From Oscillospiraceae bacterium (GTDB lineage Bacteria; Bacillota; Clostridia; Saccharofermentanales; UBA5734), in NCBI GenBank assembly GCA_012521915.1, contig JAAYLM010000068.1, forward strand, positions 1-10,506: a stretch of 10,506 nucleotides of DNA. Direction: 5' to 3'. This document shows, in pieces, positions 6,619 through 10,506 of the stretch; positions within the stretch are counted from its first letter, which is position 1, and the number at the start of each line of letters is the position of its first letter. The notes beneath the pieces were generated by a model. The model searched no databases and was not told where the DNA came from. It saw only the letters and a list, made by a program, of their open reading frames with translations. Position numbers and translations under genes: made by a program.

Positions 6619-7374
6619 CTATGATTGGCCGGCGACAGCCTTGTACAGCGCGATCGCCTGGTCGGGCACATCGGTGATAACCGCATCCGGGGCCAGCTGA
6701 AAGGCCATGCGCAAATGATCAGGATCGTCAATGGTCCAGACGTTGACCTGGATACCTGCCTCATGGCAGGCGTCGACAAACCCGGGAATTCTCAAGTTGG
6801 CATAATGGGGGTGCAGTGCCTGTGCGCCGACATGACGGGCGTACATCCAGGGTTCATATAAAGCACAGCTGTAGAGGAGGCCGCAAGGGACGTGAAGTTT
6901 CCTTTCTTGTGCCAGCAGGGCCGCCTGCACCAGGCTGTAGTGGATGAAGGATGACAGGCATATGCGCTCCGACATGTGGTGGGTGCAGGCCAGATCAAGG
7001 ACAGCCTGCTCCAGGCCGGGATAGAGCGTGATACTGTTCTTCAGTTCGATGTTGATAACAAGGCTGGTTGGCTGGATCAAGTCAAAAACTTCAGCCAGTG
7101 TGGGAATCTGCTGTCGGGAAAAACCCGGCAAGATCCTGCTGAAATCCAGTTGCCGCAGCTGGCTGAGCGTCAGCTGGTTTACATGCCCTTGCTCACCGGT
7201 TACCCGGAGGCAGGTTTCATCATGGGTGACAACAACAACACCATCTGCTGAAAAGTGCACATCCAGCTCGATGCCATCAGCGCCTTGCTGCACAGCCAGA
7301 TCGAAGGCCGCCAGGGTGTTCTCCGGAGCAGCGACACTTGCGCCGCGATGGGCCCAAATCTTTGTCTTCATCAT
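6619..7374 (-). CDS. glycerophosphodiester phosphodiesterase (GDPD family, UgpQ-like, cytoplasmic)
   Basis: The N-terminus MMKTKIWAHRGASVAAPENTLAAFDLAVQQGADGIELDVHFSADGVVVVTHDETCLR carries the canonical GDPD H-R(G) and E-x-D-V-H active-site motifs. The protein is 251 aa with no signal peptide or TM segment. Two adjacent ATGs (7374 and 7371) follow the SD GGGGAGGG. Confidence 0.85.
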   Translation of the reverse strand: MMKTKIWAHRGASVAAPENTLAAFDLAVQQGADGIELDVHFSADGVVVVTHDETCLRVTGEQGHVNQLTLSQLRQLDFSRILPGFSRQQIPTLAEVFDLIQPTSLVINIELKNSITLYPGLEQAVLDLACTHHMSERICLSSFIHYSLVQAALLAQERKLHVPCGLLYSCALYEPWMYARHVGAQALHPHYANLRIPGFVDACHEAGIQVNVWTIDDPDHLRMAFQLAPDAVITDVPDQAIALYKAVAGQS

Positions 7375-7501
7375 TTTCCCTCCCCTGCGGGGACAATCGG
7401 AAACGGCTGTCCCGGCTGTTGCGCTGCCGCAGGCTTTGATGGCTCAGACCTGACGGCCGCTGTCCTTCAGGCTTCAGAAACAAGCGGTTTTTCTGATTGG
7501 C

Positions 7502-7530
7502 ATTATATCATTTCAGCAGGAAACTGTCCT
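7502..7530 (-). promoter_or_regulatory. candidate promoter for the phosphodiesterase-MFS operon (extended -10 TGaTATAAT)
   Basis: The minus strand reads AGGACA (-35, complement of 7525..7530), a 17-nt spacer, then TGATATAAT (complement of 7502..7510, a perfect TATAAT with upstream TG). This would give a ~120-nt 5' leader. Confidence 0.35.
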
Positions 7531-7576
7531 TACCTGATCTGCAATCCAGAGGTGTAAAAAAGTCACGTAACAACTA

Positions 7577-7605
7577 TTGAAGTTCGTATGACCATATGTT
7601 ACAAT
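7577..7605 (+). promoter_or_regulatory. candidate promoter for the DUF1836-NfeD-flotillin cassette (TTGAAG, 17-nt spacer, TGtTACAAT extended -10)
   Basis: -35 TTGAAG at 7577..7582, a 17-nt spacer, then -10 TACAAT at 7600..7605 with TG at 7597..7598. It lies ~30 nt upstream of the GTG start at 7636. The -10 is embedded in the inverted repeat listed next. Confidence 0.5.
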
Positions 7606-7618
7606 CAATGTAACATAT
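7594..7618. promoter_or_regulatory. perfect inverted repeat ATATGTTACA-atcaa-TGTAACATAT, a putative operator overlapping the -10 and transcription start
   Basis: Direct reading shows 10-bp arms that are exact reverse complements around a 5-nt spacer. An additional GTAACA half-site copy sits at 7567..7572. The repeat ends 6 nt before the SD AAAGGAGGTG. Confidence 0.5.
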
Positions 7619-7635
7619 ATAAAGGAGGTGAGAAC

Positions 7636-8214
7636 GTGAGTGTTCCGTATCTGCCAGGGACCAACCTTCGTCTGGATCTGGATGGCGAACAGAATTACCG
7701 TCATGTCCTGGAAGCGGTCTTCGCGTTAACCGGTGGCATTTACCTGTCCCAACTGACAGAGATGATTGGCGTTCCTGCGGCCACACTGCAGAATTGGGTT
7801 AAACGGGGGTTTGTTTCTAATCCACTTAACAAACGCTATACGCGTCGACAAACCTGCCGCATGATTCTGATCGCTTTGCTGAGACATACCTTGTCACTGG
7901 ATGAAATCGCGGAGTTGCTGAGCTGGATCAATAACAATCTGGCTGATGAACAAGATGACCTGATTGATGACAGCGAACTGTACCTTTATTTCTGTGATGT
8001 CATATTGGGCATGCCACCAGATACCTGTCCGGGACAGGCAGAACTGGAGAACCGTGTATCAGCCGCGACCCGGTCATTTGAGACAGCTGACACAGATGAC
8101 CATGAACGGCTCAACCAAGTGCTTTTGACCATGATCCTGGCATACAGGGCCTACCAGATGCAGCTCCATGCCAGAGAGCAGTTATCCAAACTGAGAGGGG
8201 AGATGCAAAAATGA
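7636..8214 (+). CDS. DUF1836-like protein with a MerR-like helix-turn-helix (192 aa), putative regulator
   Basis: GTG start at 7636 with GGAGGTG five nt upstream; the track ORF from 7588 has no RBS. The segment LSQLTEMIGVPAATLQNWVKRGFVSNP resembles a MerR-type HTH. The overall pattern (LTGGIYLSQLT...TLQNWVKRGFV...YTRRQ..RMILIALLRHTLSLDEI..L...NNL.DEQDD.IDDSELYLYFCDV) matches my recollection of Firmicutes DUF1836 proteins. The stop overlaps the next gene's ATG. Confidence 0.7.
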   Translation: MSVPYLPGTNLRLDLDGEQNYRHVLEAVFALTGGIYLSQLTEMIGVPAATLQNWVKRGFVSNPLNKRYTRRQTCRMILIALLRHTLSLDEIAELLSWINNNLADEQDDLIDDSELYLYFCDVILGMPPDTCPGQAELENRVSAATRSFETADTDDHERLNQVLLTMILAYRAYQMQLHAREQLSKLRGEMQK

Positions 8215-8852
8215 TCAACTGGTGGCGGGAACTGGTTCTGACACAACAGATTTTCGCTTTGTTTGCTGTTCCGGCTACAATTGTTCTCGTGATCCAGACG
8301 GTTCTTCTGTTGATTGGCCTCGGAACACAAAGCGGCGATGCAGATGGAACAGATGACACCGGCGTTGATACAAGCGAAGAGCCGGCAGAAGGCCAGGCCG
8401 CCGACTCCGGGCTAAGACTGTTTACCGTCAGAGGCTTTGTTGCCTTTTTTTCCATAGGCGGATGGACAGGCATCGCGCTGATCGATCTTGCTGTCCATCC
8501 TGTACTGGCTGCGAGTGGTGCGTTGCTGGCTGGCCTGATGGCGCTTTTTCTTGTCGGATGGCTTGTCAGGCTAGCGCTCAGTTTGCAAAGCGCTGGTAAC
8601 CTGGATGTGCGCAATGCTGTCGGACTGACCGGCCGCGTCTATCTGACGATACCGGGAGGCGGGCAACAAAGCGGCAAAGTATCATTATTGCTGCAGGAGC
8701 GGGCTGTTGAGCTTGATGCCTTCACAGAAGACGTGCGAGACCTGCCGACCGGCAGCGAAGTCAAAATCATAGGAACGCGCGGACGCCAGCTGATTGTCAC
8801 GGCCTTGCGGCCGTCAGGAACGAAAGAAGATGGTGAATCCGTGCCAGAATGA
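8211..8852 (+). CDS. NfeD-family membrane protein (YuaF/YqiJ-like partner of flotillin) with a C-terminal OB-fold
   Basis: The ATG at 8211 overlaps the upstream TGA (ATGA). There are an N-terminal TM helix and two further TM helices, then a soluble C-terminal domain GRVYLTIPGGGQQSGKVSLLLQERAVELDAFTEDVRDLPTGSEVKIIGTRGRQLIVTAL, typical of the NfeD beta-barrel. Its position immediately upstream of a flotillin gene is the canonical arrangement. Confidence 0.85.
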   Translation: MINWWRELVLTQQIFALFAVPATIVLVIQTVLLLIGLGTQSGDADGTDDTGVDTSEEPAEGQAADSGLRLFTVRGFVAFFSIGGWTGIALIDLAVHPVLAASGALLAGLMALFLVGWLVRLALSLQSAGNLDVRNAVGLTGRVYLTIPGGGQQSGKVSLLLQERAVELDAFTEDVRDLPTGSEVKIIGTRGRQLIVTALRPSGTKEDGESVPE

Positions 8853-8954
8853 AGATAGATGACAACAAACGGTCGGATTTGCCCCAAAAGAGGAAACAAG
8901 CGTGTTGCAGCAGTATGGCTGGGCACAGCACATTAAAGAAAGCAGGTAGGTATC

Positions 8955-10349
8955 ATGCCCGATAGCGTCATAATCACTGTAGTAGTCATTATTGTTGTCT
9001 TGTTTACAACATTTCTTGTTTTGCTTTCGCGATACCGTAAATGCCCCTCTGACAAAATCATGGTTATATACGGCAAGGTCGGCAGCAATACAGACGGAAG
9101 CATGCGTTCAGCCCGCTGCGTTCATGGCGGCGCGTCGTTTATCTGGCCTGTAGTTCAGTCTTTTGACTACCTTGATCTGACACCGCTGTCCATCAGTGTT
9201 GATCTGAAAAAGGCCTTATCACGGCAAAACATCCGTATCGATGTACCCTCCAGCTTTACCGTCGGCATCTCAACGGAACAGGGTGTTATGCAAAACGCGG
9301 CGGAACGCTTGCTGGGCCTGCATCTGACACAAATTCAGGAACTGGCCAAAGATATCATTTTCGGTCAGCTGCGTCTGGTGATCGCCACCATGGATATTGA
9401 AGAGATCAACACGGACCGCGACAAGTTCCTGGAAGCCGTATCCCGCAATGTGGAATCAGAATTGCAGAAAATCGGGCTGCGCCTGATCAACGTCAACGTT
9501 ACCGATATCAATGATGAGTCCGGTTATATCGAAGCGCTGGGCAAGGAAGCAGCGGCCAAAGCCATTAACGATGCCAAGAAGAGTGTCGCGGAAAAAGACC
9601 GTGACGGCTCCATCGGTGAAGCGAACGCCCGACGTGACCAGCGGATTCAAGTCGCCGCAGCAGATTCAACCGCTATTCAGGGCGAAAACGAAGCCAAGGC
9701 CGCCATCGCCGCATCAAATGCGATTCGTAGGGAAAAAGAAGCTGAGTCATTGCGTCGTGCAACGGCAGCTGAAAAATCACAGGCGGCGCGTGCCCTGGAA
9801 GAAGCCTATCTGGCTGAGCAGAAAGCGGAAAAAACGAGAGCCGATCGCGAGAAGGCAACACTTGAAGCTGATGTTCTGGTCAAAGCTGAAGTGCAAAAAC
9901 GGGAAGTCGAATTCCAGGCTGAGGCTGAAGCCGAGCGTCTGCGTCGCCAGGCCAGAGGTGAAGCCGATGCAATCTATGCCAAGATGGAGGCTGAAGCCCG
10001 CGGTATCCAGGAAGTCCTGACCAGACAGGCGCAAGGTTTGGGCCAGGTGGTCCAGGCAGCCGGAGGCAGTGCCAGTGACGCCCTGCGTCTGCTGCTGGCT
10101 GATAAAATGGAAGAACTGCTTAAAATACAGGTTGAAGCCATCAAGAACATTAAGATTGATAAGGTGACAGTCTGGGACAGCGCCAGTGGTGACGGCAAGA
10201 CACCGGCAACAGCCAATTTTCTTTCAGGCATGCTGAAATCAATCCCGCCTATGCAGGAAATGTTCAAAATGGCAGGCATGGAACTGCCGCACTACCTGGG
10301 TCAGGAACAGGCAGGTCAGCCGCTTTCTTCCGGACCAGATACACAATAA
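8955..10349 (+). CDS. floT: flotillin / SPFH (band-7) domain protein, FloT/YuaG/YqiK-like (464 aa)
   Basis: There is an N-terminal hydrophobic anchor (IITVVVIIVVLFTTFLVLL) then YRKCPSDKIMVIYGK. The SPFH core follows, then a long Glu/Ala/Lys/Arg-rich coiled coil (EAEAERLRRQARGEADAIYAKMEAEARG). This architecture and N-terminus resemble B. subtilis FloT (YuaG), which is likewise preceded by an NfeD gene (yuaF). Confidence 0.85.
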   Translation: MPDSVIITVVVIIVVLFTTFLVLLSRYRKCPSDKIMVIYGKVGSNTDGSMRSARCVHGGASFIWPVVQSFDYLDLTPLSISVDLKKALSRQNIRIDVPSSFTVGISTEQGVMQNAAERLLGLHLTQIQELAKDIIFGQLRLVIATMDIEEINTDRDKFLEAVSRNVESELQKIGLRLINVNVTDINDESGYIEALGKEAAAKAINDAKKSVAEKDRDGSIGEANARRDQRIQVAAADSTAIQGENEAKAAIAASNAIRREKEAESLRRATAAEKSQAARALEEAYLAEQKAEKTRADREKATLEADVLVKAEVQKREVEFQAEAEAERLRRQARGEADAIYAKMEAEARGIQEVLTRQAQGLGQVVQAAGGSASDALRLLLADKMEELLKIQVEAIKNIKIDKVTVWDSASGDGKTPATANFLSGMLKSIPPMQEMFKMAGMELPHYLGQEQAGQPLSSGPDTQ

Positions 10350-10396
10350 ATATTAAAACCCTGACGGTCAAGAGAACGATACAGCAGCAGTGCAGA

Positions 10397-10430
10397 CGGG
10401 GCAGCCTCAAACAGGGTTGCCCCGGTTTGT
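10397..10430 (+). terminator. rho-independent terminator after the flotillin gene
   Basis: CGGGGCAGCC (10397..10406), an 8-nt loop, GGTTGCCCCG (10415..10424), then GTTTGT. It is a 10-bp stem with one G.U pair and a short, interrupted U-tract. Confidence 0.45.
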
Positions 10431-10506
10431 CGCTGACTGAGGGATCTGATAAAATAAGGCTAACGGAGGAGTGCGCCAGTTCGGTGCTTGTAGGATAGTG
10501 AGGTGA

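Noticed and set aside
5268-6779. N-terminal 58-codon extension of the MFS ORF (start at 6779)
   Set aside because: The extension overlaps the phosphodiesterase gene, is Arg/Ser/Pro-rich and has no RBS. The internal ATG at 6605 has a perfect AGGAGG at the right spacing and begins the first TM helix.
8111-8614. 167-aa minus-strand ORF
   Set aside because: It is antisense to the NfeD gene and the DUF1836 3' end, with Ser/Pro/Ala-rich junk-like composition.
8867-8944. 25-codon ORF in the nfeD-flotillin intergenic gap
   Set aside because: It has no RBS and a composition unlike a peptide gene. The gap more likely just carries the flotillin translation initiation region.
9511-10020. 169-aa Lys/Arg-rich plus-strand ORF inside the flotillin gene
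   Set aside because: It is an alternative reading frame of the GAA/GCA/AAG-rich coiled-coil region, so the K/R richness is a codon-shift artefact. It has no independent start signal.
1-10506. Mobile elements, CRISPR arrays, tRNA/rRNA genes, defence-system hallmarks
   Set aside because: I saw no direct-repeat/spacer periodicity, no transposase or integrase-like ORFs, no terminal inverted repeats flanking a block, no cloverleaf-like tRNA candidates, and no nuclease, ATPase or toxin-like small-gene pairs. All large ORFs are accounted for by transport, hydrolase and flotillin functions.

Overview
This 10.5-kb window is chromosomal-looking and gene-dense, about 55% GC, most likely from a Gram-positive (Firmicutes-type) bacterium. 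The evidence for that is a lipobox substrate-binding protein, strong GGAGG Shine-Dalgarno sites and an NfeD-flotillin pair. Left to right the window holds: (1) the 5' part of a minus-strand hypothetical gene. (2) A complete three-gene FecBCD/BtuFCD-type ABC importer (lipoprotein binding protein, FecCD permease, ATPase) on the plus strand, preceded by a ~240-bp structured divergent leader. (3) A bidirectional terminator. (4) On the minus strand, a split two-gene chromate-transporter (ChrA short-chain) pair with overlapping stop/start, then a 215-bp structured spacer, then a glycerophosphodiester phosphodiesterase gene immediately followed by an MFS transporter gene. (5) A divergent promoter region. 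(6) On the plus strand, a three-gene cassette: a DUF1836-like protein with a MerR-like HTH, translationally coupled through an ATGA overlap to an NfeD-family membrane protein, followed by a FloT/YuaG-like flotillin and a terminator. The most interesting element is the uncharacterised DUF1836-like gene fused into the NfeD-flotillin operon. It sits behind a perfect 10-bp-arm inverted repeat that overlaps an extended -10 promoter. The cytoplasmic phosphodiesterase plus MFS permease pair is also worth attention as a possible non-canonical glycerophosphodiester uptake route. No rRNA, tRNA, CRISPR or transposase/integrase signals were seen. Several long ORFs in the supplied track are antisense or alternative-frame artefacts of real genes.
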